From a virus, in IMG/VR virus record IMGVR_UViG_3300013002_000047, positions 1 to 31,885 of that record: a stretch of 31,885 nt of DNA, one strand, 5' to 3'. Numbering within the stretch: the stretch's first letter is position 1; the number at the start of each line of letters is the position of its first letter. The position numbers and the translations under genes are program-made. The notes beneath the pieces were generated by a model. That model worked only from the letters and a program-made list of their open reading frames with translations. It searched no databases and was not told the DNA's origin. Positions 23,979 through 31,885 of this stretch are shown piece by piece.

Positions 23979-24314
23979 CTATGCCCTCCGTTTCAATGTT
24001 ACGAAGTCATACGCAATAATGGTGTTACTCTCATCTGGGCTGTACTGAACAATGTCGTACATCACACCGTCAATCTGAGCCGTCTTGATATTTTCCAAAG
24101 CCGCGTTATGCCTAACAACAATCAACTTCGTGTTGTCGAGAGAGGTACCTTGAATTTGATACTGTTGGTTTAACGTGCGGGTCTTAGGTGCGTACCATAG
24201 GCTGAATTGCTTTACGAAGGTCTTCTTGATGCTACCGTTGTTAGGATTCTGCTTCGATTTCACAGTCCCAAAGTCTACCTTACGATTGAAATCAGAAGGT
24301 TTAAATGTTGCCAT
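23979..24314 (-). CDS. head closure / head-tail adaptor protein
   Basis: 111 aa. Called by synteny after the connector gene. Confidence 0.6.
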   Translation of the reverse strand: MATFKPSDFNRKVDFGTVKSKQNPNNGSIKKTFVKQFSLWYAPKTRTLNQQYQIQGTSLDNTKLIVVRHNAALENIKTAQIDGVMYDIVQYSPDESNTIIAYDFVTLKRRA

Positions 24315-24608
24315 TTAAGCACCTCCTTTAACAATTCCTGTAAGTTGCTGAAGAACAATCATTTGACCGTGTGAGAAGCCACCTGTGAGCGCCCTATCGT
24401 AATACAACGATGTCGCTACGGAACCAACCAATCTGTTGAACTGTTCAGAGGCCACCTGAAGGGCTACCTGTTCCGTTAGCTGTGAATCAATTGAGCCACG
24501 AATCAATGCACTGGCGTCCTTAATCAATGTGCTTAACGTAGCAAGCTCAGTGGGGCTCTGGTCAATATGTAGCTCATCAGCCAACTCCTGTTGTGTAATA
24601 AGTGCCAT
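24315..24608 (-). CDS. head-tail connector (gp6-like)
   Basis: Start reassigned to the ATG at 24608 (MALITQQELADELHID), which has GAAAGGAGG upstream. Confidence 0.6.
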   Translation of the reverse strand: MALITQQELADELHIDQSPTELATLSTLIKDASALIRGSIDSQLTEQVALQVASEQFNRLVGSVATSLYYDRALTGGFSHGQMIVLQQLTGIVKGGA

Positions 24609-24756
24609 TGGTGGCCTCCTTTCATGTTTGTTGTTTAATAACCGCCCCAAAGGATTGGCCCAGTGGTATTGCTATCATTCCATATGGCGGTACTCACAGC
24701 CTATGTATTTACCATGTGGCTTACATAGCTGTCGTAAAAGTGTTTATTTTGTTAGA

Positions 24757-26010
24757 TTACTTTGAAGCTGGTGCTGGGGCTGGGGCAAACGTCAAGAACT
24801 TACCAGCTTGCGCATCAGCAACTTGCCAGTCGGCACGCAATGCAACGGCCAACTTCTTACCGAAGATGTCATCATCTTGCCACTCAACAGCGATATCTGA
24901 ACGCATAGCCTCCAAAGCAAAGGCCTTTACATCACCAACGAAGGCGTGAGCTTCACCAGCCTTACCAAGAACGTCATCGGCAACTACAACTACTGGGGCA
25001 CCCAACAATTGCTTACCTGATGGTGCAGTGATTGAGTCTTGCAACAAGTAACGACCGTCTGCATCCTTAACCTTGTCGATTTCAGCAAAGAATGACTCAG
25101 ATACAACGAACATACGGTTGTAGTTTGACAATCCCTTGTTAAAGGCGTCCTTGATACCATCAACGTCTGATACAGCAACTGCCGTAGCCTTTTGCAATAC
25201 TTCACCAATCTTGTATTGCTCAGTCAAAGCCTTAGCTTCTGAAACGTAAGCTGAAACAACTGATTCAATCTCAGGTGCATCTTGCAACATTTCCATTGAT
25301 ACTGGCATTACACCTCGGTAAGTCAAAGCCTTGTAATCAACACCCGTCAATCCCATTTCTGCCAATTCTGGGTTAACCTTTAGCTCTTCAACAGATGCCA
25401 AGCGTGCTGTGTTCTTAGCCAATACTGGCAAAGTTCCTGAACCAGAGGTAACTGATACACGGTTAACGTATGATGCCAATTGCGTTGGGTCATTTGGAAC
25501 CTTTTGGATGTCCAAGATTTCCTTTGGAATTACCACAGCTCCTTGAACCGTCGTCAATCCATCACGCACTTCACCTGTCTTCAAAAAATCTTCAAATGCT
25601 GAGTTGTTCTTTCCAATTACTGCTTCCATGTTTGTTAGTTCCTTTCCTGAACGTGTTTCTTCTGCTGAGTTAATCTCTTCGTCTGCTGTGTCATCTGGAA
25701 TAATAATGTCGTCATCTTCCCCATCACGCTTATCTTCTGGTTTAGCGTCTTCTGCTGTCTCCGTAGCGTTATCTTCGGGTGCTTCTGGTTCGGATTCAGA
25801 CTCCAAATCCAGCGCCTCATTGATAGTCTCAATTTGGCTTGTCAACGTTTCGACTTCTTCCTTGAGTTGCTTTACTTCTTCCATACCGGCTTGAACATCG
25901 GCTACGTCAGTAACATCATCTTCTGCACCAGCACGAACTTCTTCAATCTTTGAGTTCAGAATTGACTTCTTTTCCGCCAACTCTTCATTCAACTTGTTTA
26001 GTCGTTCCAT
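24757..26010 (-). CDS. major capsid protein (HK97 fold) with an N-terminal coiled-coil/acidic delta-like domain
   Basis: Start reassigned to the ATG at 26010 (MERLNKLNEE), which has AAAGGA upstream. Acidic scaffold-like region. Follows the prohead protease gene. Confidence 0.85.
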   Translation of the reverse strand: MERLNKLNEELAEKKSILNSKIEEVRAGAEDDVTDVADVQAGMEEVKQLKEEVETLTSQIETINEALDLESESEPEAPEDNATETAEDAKPEDKRDGEDDDIIIPDDTADEEINSAEETRSGKELTNMEAVIGKNNSAFEDFLKTGEVRDGLTTVQGAVVIPKEILDIQKVPNDPTQLASYVNRVSVTSGSGTLPVLAKNTARLASVEELKVNPELAEMGLTGVDYKALTYRGVMPVSMEMLQDAPEIESVVSAYVSEAKALTEQYKIGEVLQKATAVAVSDVDGIKDAFNKGLSNYNRMFVVSESFFAEIDKVKDADGRYLLQDSITAPSGKQLLGAPVVVVADDVLGKAGEAHAFVGDVKAFALEAMRSDIAVEWQDDDIFGKKLAVALRADWQVADAQAGKFLTFAPAPAPASK

Positions 26011-26049
26011 GTGATTTCCTTTCTGTGAGTAAAATAAAACCGGCACCAG

Positions 26050-26631
26050 TTACCCGATGTCGATTTCATAGGTTGGTAAGATGCTTAGCACCTTAGCCTT
26101 GTATTCTGATTGCTTTGTGAACTCTTTGAAGCTTCGTGTTACTTCAACGCTGGTATCGTCATAGGCTGGTACTGATACAATGCTTATTTCCCGCATCGTA
26201 GCAATCTTGCTGATGTACCTAACAGGCTTCCCGTTAACGTTCTTCCATTGTTCACCACCATCGGCAATTGTGAACCTGAAGGATAGACCTTTAAGATTTC
26301 CAACTTTGATTTGCTCATAAATGTCTCTTCCAAGAGTGGTGTTGGGAATGTCCAGTGTAAAGTGCAAACCATGCTTATCAATATCCAGCTTGAGCGTACC
26401 GCTATCAACACGACCCAACACATTAGCAAAATCATGGTTATACAACGCCAAAACCTTTGATAGGTCTACACCATCAAGTGCACCAGCCTTGATTACTTCG
26501 ATAAACGGTAGGTTTGTTGACGGCGTGTCCCATACGATTGAATATCCTGCAATTTGTCCTATGGAATCACCTTGGCCAGCCCTAAGCTCACCAGCATCAA
26601 GCTCAACTGCTCTGTATTCAACTTCTGCCAT
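26050..26631 (-). CDS. HK97-family prohead protease
   Basis: 193 aa. LYNHDFANVLGRV...GLSFRF pattern. Lies between the portal and capsid genes. Confidence 0.85.
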   Translation of the reverse strand: MAEVEYRAVELDAGELRAGQGDSIGQIAGYSIVWDTPSTNLPFIEVIKAGALDGVDLSKVLALYNHDFANVLGRVDSGTLKLDIDKHGLHFTLDIPNTTLGRDIYEQIKVGNLKGLSFRFTIADGGEQWKNVNGKPVRYISKIATMREISIVSVPAYDDTSVEVTRSFKEFTKQSEYKAKVLSILPTYEIDIG

Positions 26632-26632
26632 G

Positions 26633-27742
26633 CTATATCACCCCCTTCTGCGTTAGGAGGTCATGGGCTTCCTCAGTACCAACGATGCCCTTATCAACTA
26701 AGTTAATTAGGTTGGTTGTAAGTTGTTGGTTACCATAGTCTGTAATGGATTGCATATCAATATTGATACCGTCACCAAGCTTCATATTCAACTCAGAGAG
26801 CATCGGCTCAATGTATTTGTTCAATCCGTTCACATATAGCGCTGTAATCATGCTCAGTGAGCTCTGTTGGTCCCCTGTGCCGTTTAGGTAGCTATCGGGA
26901 ACACCAAACACCTTAGCAATCTGTGACCGTCCCCAGTCCAAACTGGTTAGGTACTTAGCAACGTCTGCGTTAATTGAGACCGTTGAGAAGTTGGCTGTTT
27001 CGTCTAAGATAATTGTGCGTCCTGAGTTCTCACCAGAATTTGCTTTCTCAAAGGATGACCGCACAGCTTCCTTAGCTTCATCAGTCATCATTCCGGCTTC
27101 AGGGAGCTTCAGGATAGCGCTAGGATTGATAGCATTCTTCAAAGTGGACAATGTAAGCCTGTTAGCCGTAGCCTGTTGTCGAAGCTCAGTGGCTAGGGCT
27201 TCAAGTGGGCTGTGTCCAAGTAAGTTATCAAGCATCGTAGGCCCGTAAGCCATAACACGTGCATGGATAACGTCAGAGGCCTTATAAGACCCACCAGGAA
27301 CGTTTGCAAAGGCGCTTACCTTATAGGTCACAACACCAGTTACATCGTCTAGGTCAATTGTCACAGCGCTTGTAGGCACGTTGATAAGCCCAATTGCAAG
27401 GCCCTTAGCATCACGCTTGATAATACTGATAGCATTTCCGTTTAACAGAAGGTTCAATAGGAACGTTTGCCAAAAGTTATAAGGCGCCACATCGGTTGAT
27501 GGTTGATTTAATAGGTCAACATATGGGCCAACTCCATTAAATCGGGCGCCCGCTATGTCTGAACTGATTAAGCTTGTGACAGCATACAAATCAGAGTTCT
27601 TTAAGGCCACATCAGCTGATACTAAGGCATCTGGGCTTAGGCTGTTTCCACTTACGATAAATGGCGCCATAGAGCCGGCTGATACTGATACAGAGCTACG
27701 TGTCTCACCGGTTGGATTAAAGATACTGTTTAAAATGCTCAT
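26633..27742 (-). CDS. portal protein (HK97 family)
   Basis: 369 aa. Called by synteny. Confidence 0.85.
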   Translation of the reverse strand: MSILNSIFNPTGETRSSVSVSAGSMAPFIVSGNSLSPDALVSADVALKNSDLYAVTSLISSDIAGARFNGVGPYVDLLNQPSTDVAPYNFWQTFLLNLLLNGNAISIIKRDAKGLAIGLINVPTSAVTIDLDDVTGVVTYKVSAFANVPGGSYKASDVIHARVMAYGPTMLDNLLGHSPLEALATELRQQATANRLTLSTLKNAINPSAILKLPEAGMMTDEAKEAVRSSFEKANSGENSGRTIILDETANFSTVSINADVAKYLTSLDWGRSQIAKVFGVPDSYLNGTGDQQSSLSMITALYVNGLNKYIEPMLSELNMKLGDGINIDMQSITDYGNQQLTTNLINLVDKGIVGTEEAHDLLTQKGVI

Positions 27743-27906
27743 CGTTGCTCACCTTGAGTGTTCAAGGCGGTTGCTGACATTAGACCCAGGATAATCAGAA
27801 ATGCTCCGGTTACGAATAGGCCGATAATCGTATTCAATAAAAATGACCCTACGGCAGTCGTTACGAATCCCATAAGGAACAGAATCAGCGGAATAAATTT
27901 AACCAT
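27739..27906 (-). CDS. hypothetical 55-aa two-helix membrane protein translationally coupled to the portal gene
   Basis: Below the ORF-track cutoff. AAGGAG lies 7 nt upstream of the ATG at 27906. Product: MVKFIPLILFLMGFVTTAVGSFLLNTIIGLFVTGAFLIILGLMSATALNTQGEQR. Its TGA overlaps the portal ATG (ATGA). Confidence 0.55.
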   Translation of the reverse strand: MVKFIPLILFLMGFVTTAVGSFLLNTIIGLFVTGAFLIILGLMSATALNTQGEQR

Positions 27907-27981
27907 ACACTCTCCTTTCTCTATATGAAATTTTCATCATGTATTTACAATGCTATTACGTTGACCTGCGTTAAAATGTAC

Positions 27982-28015
27982 AAAAAAAAGACCCAGCCCA
28001 ATTAAGGCCAGGTCT
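27982..28015 (-). terminator. strong intrinsic terminator after the toxin gene
   Basis: On the minus strand: AGACCTGGCC ttaattg GGCTGGGTCT followed by TTTTTTTTGTAC. Confidence 0.75.
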
Positions 28016-28023
28016 TCTTATAG

Positions 28024-28299
28024 CTATTTCTTGTAAACATCACCACGCTTGGCAACTTGCAGAACTAATACAGTTAACATCTCATCTCTGATGTCTGCGA
28101 TGATTCTATAACCACCAACTCGGTATCTCCAAAGGGTCTTAAAGTTACCCTTTAAAGCCTTCCCTTGTAGTCTAGGGTCAGCTGTATTCTGTATGTTCTC
28201 ATCAAGCCACTTCAAAACTCTAATTTGAACTGGCTTATCCAGCTTCTTAAAGTTTTTTAAGGCCTTCTCGTCAAATTGCCATTGAAACATTTTATTCAC
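28024..28299 (-). CDS. RelE/ParE-superfamily toxin
   Basis: 91 aa. The C-terminal WRYRVGGYRIIADIRDEMLTVLVLQVAKRGDVY pattern is typical of RelE/ParE toxins. Overlaps the antitoxin gene by 8 nt. Confidence 0.85.
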   Translation of the reverse strand: MNKMFQWQFDEKALKNFKKLDKPVQIRVLKWLDENIQNTADPRLQGKALKGNFKTLWRYRVGGYRIIADIRDEMLTVLVLQVAKRGDVYKK

Positions 28300-28507
28300 C
28301 CATAATCTGCTTCAAAACTTCATCACGTGATACGGTAGCATTATTTTCATTCAAGACAGCAATACCTTGCGCATAGTCTAACTCGTCTTCGATACGGCTC
28401 ATTAAAGTTTCTCGAATAAAGTCAGCCAACGTCTCACCATGAAATTCAGCAGATTCCTTTATTAAGTTATGTTGCTCATCATTTAAACGAACAGTTAACG
28501 TTGTCAT
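28292..28507 (-). CDS. RelB/ribbon-helix-helix-type antitoxin
   Basis: 71 aa. TVRLNDEQHNLIKESAEFHGETLADFIRETL is RHH-like. Lies upstream of, and overlaps, the toxin gene. Confidence 0.8.
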   Translation of the reverse strand: MTTLTVRLNDEQHNLIKESAEFHGETLADFIRETLMSRIEDELDYAQGIAVLNENNATVSRDEVLKQIMGE

Positions 28508-28552
28508 AATACTTTCCTTGCCCTTTCGTATATCCGTTGGACTATGTACTTA

Positions 28553-28581
28553 ATTATAAGGATGAATACATTTGTAGTCAA
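28553..28581 (-). promoter_or_regulatory. near-consensus promoter TTGACT-N17-TATAAT for the toxin-antitoxin cassette
   Basis: -35 is the reverse complement of 28576-28581; -10 is the reverse complement of 28553-28558. An imperfect palindrome lies just downstream. Confidence 0.65.
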
Positions 28582-28584
28582 CGG

Positions 28585-30435
28585 TTAAAACGTGAGGTTC
28601 ATATAATACTCGTTGATTTGCTCTGGGCTCCAACCTGACATAAAGTTCTTTGACTTGGTTTGCTCAACGTTAGTGTAATTTTCAAAGTAATACATGCCTT
28701 CATACAGCGCATTTACCAAGCTATCAACAACGTCAATCTTGGCTGTATGTTTGTTCTTATCAATCTTATAACCGGCAACGTTTCCTACTGTAATCGCATT
28801 GGATAGTCCTGCCATCATAACTTCGTCTTCAAAGCGGGTAATCTCACCTCTGATAATTCCATTACGCAGAAACTTCGTGGGCTCAAACAGCTGAGGTGTT
28901 GTCTGCTTAACTGGCATAAGCAATAGGTCTGGGAATGCTGAATCCAGCTTCTCAACGAACGACTGGCTATTCCAGGCGTCATATAGAACCGCATGTACTT
29001 TTAAGTGATAGGTCTCTATGAAATCCGTGAGCCATTCAAATATCTGTCTCTGGTCTATCTGTCCAAACTCATCGGTACTGATTGTGGAATATCCTAACTC
29101 CTCAGAGTGCTCGTAGTTGATACCATCTTGCTTAGACTTGGCTGGTACACTCCCTGCTCGTTCCCAAGGAATAAAATAATGGCCATATAAGTGGAATTTG
29201 TGTGAGCCATCATCAGCAACGTATGGGAATAAAAATCCTAACGCAGAATCATCTGATGTAGCTGAGAAGTCCATGCCTATGAATACATCACGGCCAGTTA
29301 TATCGAAGTCCTCTGTTGGTATCACGATATTTTCAAGCTGGGTTGCTGTAAGGAACGCATCGTCCTTAGCATTAACGAATCTGTTCATGTTCTTGGTAAT
29401 GAAATCAGGAAGCTTCCCGTTTGCCATAAGTTCATCACGTTCTGAAATAAGCTTACTTGTCGCTGAGATACGCTTAGCTTCAATCTCAAACAATGGATTA
29501 CTCTTAATCCAAGTCTCTGGGTGGTATATCTCATCATCATTGTCTTGTTGCCAGAATAAGAATAAGGATGTATCAATGTCCTGATAATTACCTTTGTTAA
29601 ATACCTCTTTAAAGCGCTTGTAATCAGCGTACATAGGGCTTCTTAAGTCCACTCCAGCGGTACTGATAAAGACCACCTGTGAGAACGGCATAAAAGCCTG
29701 TCCACTTGTAATCGAGTTGATAAAGCTTCTGTCTTGGAATAGGTGATACTCATCCACAATAGCGTACCCAAAATGCCCGACACCATCGCTGGGTGCTGAC
29801 TGAGCAGATAACTTACGCATCACAGTAGATTGACTTGGAATCGTCATCTGCAACTTATTGTCTTCAACCTTAAGTCGTCTTTGAACAGATGTGAATGCTC
29901 CAGCTTTTAGGTCTGTCCATTGTGACCTCATATAACCATATAAGGCGTCTGCGTGACTACTGTCGGCCGATGCTACGGCAAGTTGTCTGTTTGTCTTAGG
30001 TTGTCCAAAAAGAAAGTTGTACAGCGCTAAGACGGCCATGATAGCGGTCTTTCCATTTGCTCGGCTCATGCTGATATAAGCACGGTCAAAACGCTTAGCC
30101 CCTTCTATCGTTGGGTCAATCCATCCTTCCAGCTGGCCGATAATAAACTCCTGATAAGGTGTTAACACGAAGAGCTCTTTGGTCTCCAGGTCACGAAGTA
30201 AGCCAGCAAAGTTTATAACAGCTGATGTACGCTCAGGCTGATAGGTATATCTGAAATTATCATCGTCCCATTGGCGTTGTAAGTCCCTTAGATGCCTGAA
30301 CGAAGCTCTTTGGATTAAATCACCTGCAACCTTATCACCAGTCAACACAGAACGGGCATAGGCCACCGTTGGCTCATCTGGATATTTCTTAAACACATCG
30401 TCAAATTGGCTCAGGTCTAACTTATCAAGGTTCAT
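28585..30435 (-). CDS. terL: terminase large subunit
   Basis: 616 aa. TAATG overlap with terS. Called by synteny. Confidence 0.9.
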   Translation of the reverse strand: MNLDKLDLSQFDDVFKKYPDEPTVAYARSVLTGDKVAGDLIQRASFRHLRDLQRQWDDDNFRYTYQPERTSAVINFAGLLRDLETKELFVLTPYQEFIIGQLEGWIDPTIEGAKRFDRAYISMSRANGKTAIMAVLALYNFLFGQPKTNRQLAVASADSSHADALYGYMRSQWTDLKAGAFTSVQRRLKVEDNKLQMTIPSQSTVMRKLSAQSAPSDGVGHFGYAIVDEYHLFQDRSFINSITSGQAFMPFSQVVFISTAGVDLRSPMYADYKRFKEVFNKGNYQDIDTSLFLFWQQDNDDEIYHPETWIKSNPLFEIEAKRISATSKLISERDELMANGKLPDFITKNMNRFVNAKDDAFLTATQLENIVIPTEDFDITGRDVFIGMDFSATSDDSALGFLFPYVADDGSHKFHLYGHYFIPWERAGSVPAKSKQDGINYEHSEELGYSTISTDEFGQIDQRQIFEWLTDFIETYHLKVHAVLYDAWNSQSFVEKLDSAFPDLLLMPVKQTTPQLFEPTKFLRNGIIRGEITRFEDEVMMAGLSNAITVGNVAGYKIDKNKHTAKIDVVDSLVNALYEGMYYFENYTNVEQTKSKNFMSGWSPEQINEYYMNLTF

Positions 30436-30914
30436 TACTTATCACCTCCGTTAATTCCCAGCTTACTCATCAAGTTATCGAAGTCCTCAGAATCATCCGC
30501 AACACTTAAGTCCATCAGGTTTGCTCTGGCAGATGGAGACAATCCAAGTTCTGCCCCTAACATTCTTAGCTTTGTTTGCTGGTCACTTAGGATGTCTGCT
30601 GATGGGTTCTTATAAATACGCCCGCTATCTGACATGTATGTTGTTCCGTTTTCCTTAATGGATTCCCATGATTGTCGAATCATGCTATATGCCATCACGA
30701 ACGCTTCTAACGTTGGCTTGTCTGATTCAGTGATAAGTCCTGACTTGTTTAGCTGTGGTACCAGCTGGGTCCATAGGCGTGAGCTTATCTTATCCAGGTG
30801 TCTTGGTGGAGTTAATTGAAGTCCTTGTTGTCCCTCAGACGTTTCACGAAGCTTCTCTGCCCTAGCCTTTTGCTCAGGACGGCCGTTAGAGTCTATCTTA
30901 GTTTGTCTTGCCAT
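30435..30914 (-). CDS. terS: terminase small subunit (P27-family-like)
   Basis: Start reassigned to the ATG at 30914 (MARQTKIDSNG), which has GAAAGGTG upstream. PPRHLDKISSRLWTQLVPQL pattern. Confidence 0.8.
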   Translation of the reverse strand: MARQTKIDSNGRPEQKARAEKLRETSEGQQGLQLTPPRHLDKISSRLWTQLVPQLNKSGLITESDKPTLEAFVMAYSMIRQSWESIKENGTTYMSDSGRIYKNPSADILSDQQTKLRMLGAELGLSPSARANLMDLSVADDSEDFDNLMSKLGINGGDK

Positions 30915-30957
30915 ATCAAAGTACGCACCTTTCATTAAATTGATTATTTTTATGTAC

Positions 30958-30999
30958 AAAAAAAGACCCATATATCAACGCTATGTCGACATACAGGTC
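30958..30999 (-). terminator. terminator-like hairpin immediately upstream of terS
   Basis: On the minus strand: GACCTGTAT, a 17-nt loop, ATATGGGTC, then TTTTTTTGTAC. The loop overlaps the palindrome TATGTCGACATA. Confidence 0.45.
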
Positions 31000-31315
31000 A
31001 CAGGAAAAATTAGAGATTGGTCAAAGTCCGCACCCATATCAAGGAAAGAAAGAGGAAAAAAACCTTGATACTTCAACGTTTCAAGCCGTGATTATCAGTG
31101 CGGGGGACACCATATAAAAACATTTTCAAAACGTTGGCTTTAAAAAGGACGACACTTTGTTGTGTTAGGTACTTTCCTAAAGTCAATAGGGGCGGGGGTT
31201 TGTGAGATTTCATGCCCGACTTTGTGAAAAAATGTTTTAATTTCACTGGGTGTCGAGTTTGACTGGTAATGACGGACCAATCAGGAATCTCACTATCAAC
31301 TTCCTCTTACATAAC

Positions 31316-31428
31316 TAATACGTAAGCTTGCGTTAAAATCGACCAATCCCTCTTATACCTTTAATACGTAAGCTTGCGTTAAAATCGACCAATCCCTCTT
31401 ATACCTTTAATACGTAAGCCTGCGTTAA
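31316..31428. repeat. 46-bp tandem direct repeat, 2.5 copies
   Basis: 31316-31361 and 31362-31407 are identical (taatacgtaagcttgcgttaaaatcgaccaatccctcttatacctt t). A third partial copy with one mismatch runs into the HNH stop codon. Confidence 0.9.
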
Positions 31429-31885
31429 TTTCCATAGAGCCTGTCCCTAAGCACCTTAGACCACCATTCCTTAGTAAGGTGCCTGAGCATATCTCCCTTG
31501 CCTTCCCTAAGCATCTTAGCTTCCATGTTGGTCTTAAGCTGGTGCTCTCTTCGACTTAGGAGCCATAGGTTGTCTGAGTTGTACCAGTCACCCTCAGGTA
31601 ACAGAGACCGCTTCACTATGTGGTCTACCTGGATGTTGTTATCTCTAAGTATCTGTCCTGTGATTGCTGAGGTATAACTGTCCCTCACTCTGATATGGTT
31701 TGCTGTGTGCTTCCATCGTGTCGATAGGTAGAACGCTGTGGCATCTTGGTCCCTTGATTCTGCATCGTACTTTGCCCAAGCTATCGACATATCATGAGCT
31801 TCCTTCATGCTTCCCTTAATGCCTGCCTTATAACTCAGCATGTAATCATCTCTGCGTTTCTGATTGGCCACTGTGTGCTTCTCAC
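31425..31885 (-). CDS. HNH endonuclease (terminase-associated), C-terminal part; the gene continues across the junction to 187
   Basis: VDHIVKRSLLPEGDWYNSDNLWLLSRREHQLKT is an H-N-H motif. Located just upstream of terS/terL, as in HK97-like cos phages. Confidence 0.85.
   Translation of the reverse strand, partial: EKHTVANQKRRDDYMLSYKAGIKGSMKEAHDMSIAWAKYDAESRDQDATAFYLSTRWKHTANHIRVRDSYTSAITGQILRDNNIQVDHIVKRSLLPEGDWYNSDNLWLLSRREHQLKTNMEAKMLREGKGDMLRHLTKEWWSKVLRDRLYGN
31763..31885. repeat. Terminal overlap copy B (identical to 1-123)
   Basis: See copy A. Confidence 0.95.

Noticed and set aside
31316-31428. Possible CRISPR array
   Set aside because: The 46-bp units are directly contiguous, with no spacers. 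They lie in the packaging region, so this is a tandem repeat and not a CRISPR array.

Overview
The window appears to be a complete, circularly closed siphovirus genome. Bases 1-123 are identical to 31763-31885, giving a unique length of 31762 bp. The gene content looks Lactobacillales-phage-like, but that host guess is inference only. Almost every gene is on the minus strand. Reading the minus strand from the right end, the late region runs: HNH endonuclease (wraps the junction), a 46-bp tandem-repeat/G-tract candidate packaging region, terS (P27-type), terL, an autonomous RelB/RelE-type toxin-antitoxin cassette, a 55-aa membrane ORF coupled to the portal, portal, prohead protease, HK97-type capsid, neck genes, major tail protein, chaperone G/GT with a GGGTTTA -1 frameshift, tape measure, Dit, a 997-aa Tal/receptor-binding protein, small ORFs, two holin-like proteins and a Sec-signal GH25 endolysin. 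The early region (10142 down to 188) holds an HTH-coiled-coil protein, AT-rich accessory genes including a DUF4236-transmembrane-DEDDh exonuclease chimera, an SF1 helicase, a free-standing HNH endonuclease and a possible sigma-like protein. I found no integrase, repressor, polymerase, primase or tRNA. The most unusual content is two ORF-free blocks, about 1.7 kb (10143-11859) and 2.0 kb (4796-6817). Both carry promoter/terminator pairs on both strands, strongly enriched short repeats (CTTAGG, TCCTATCA, ATTTCACAAAG), palindromic operator-like sites and GC-richer hairpin-dense cores. These may be origins and/or large or antisense ncRNAs. All functional calls rest on motifs read by eye; no database search was possible.
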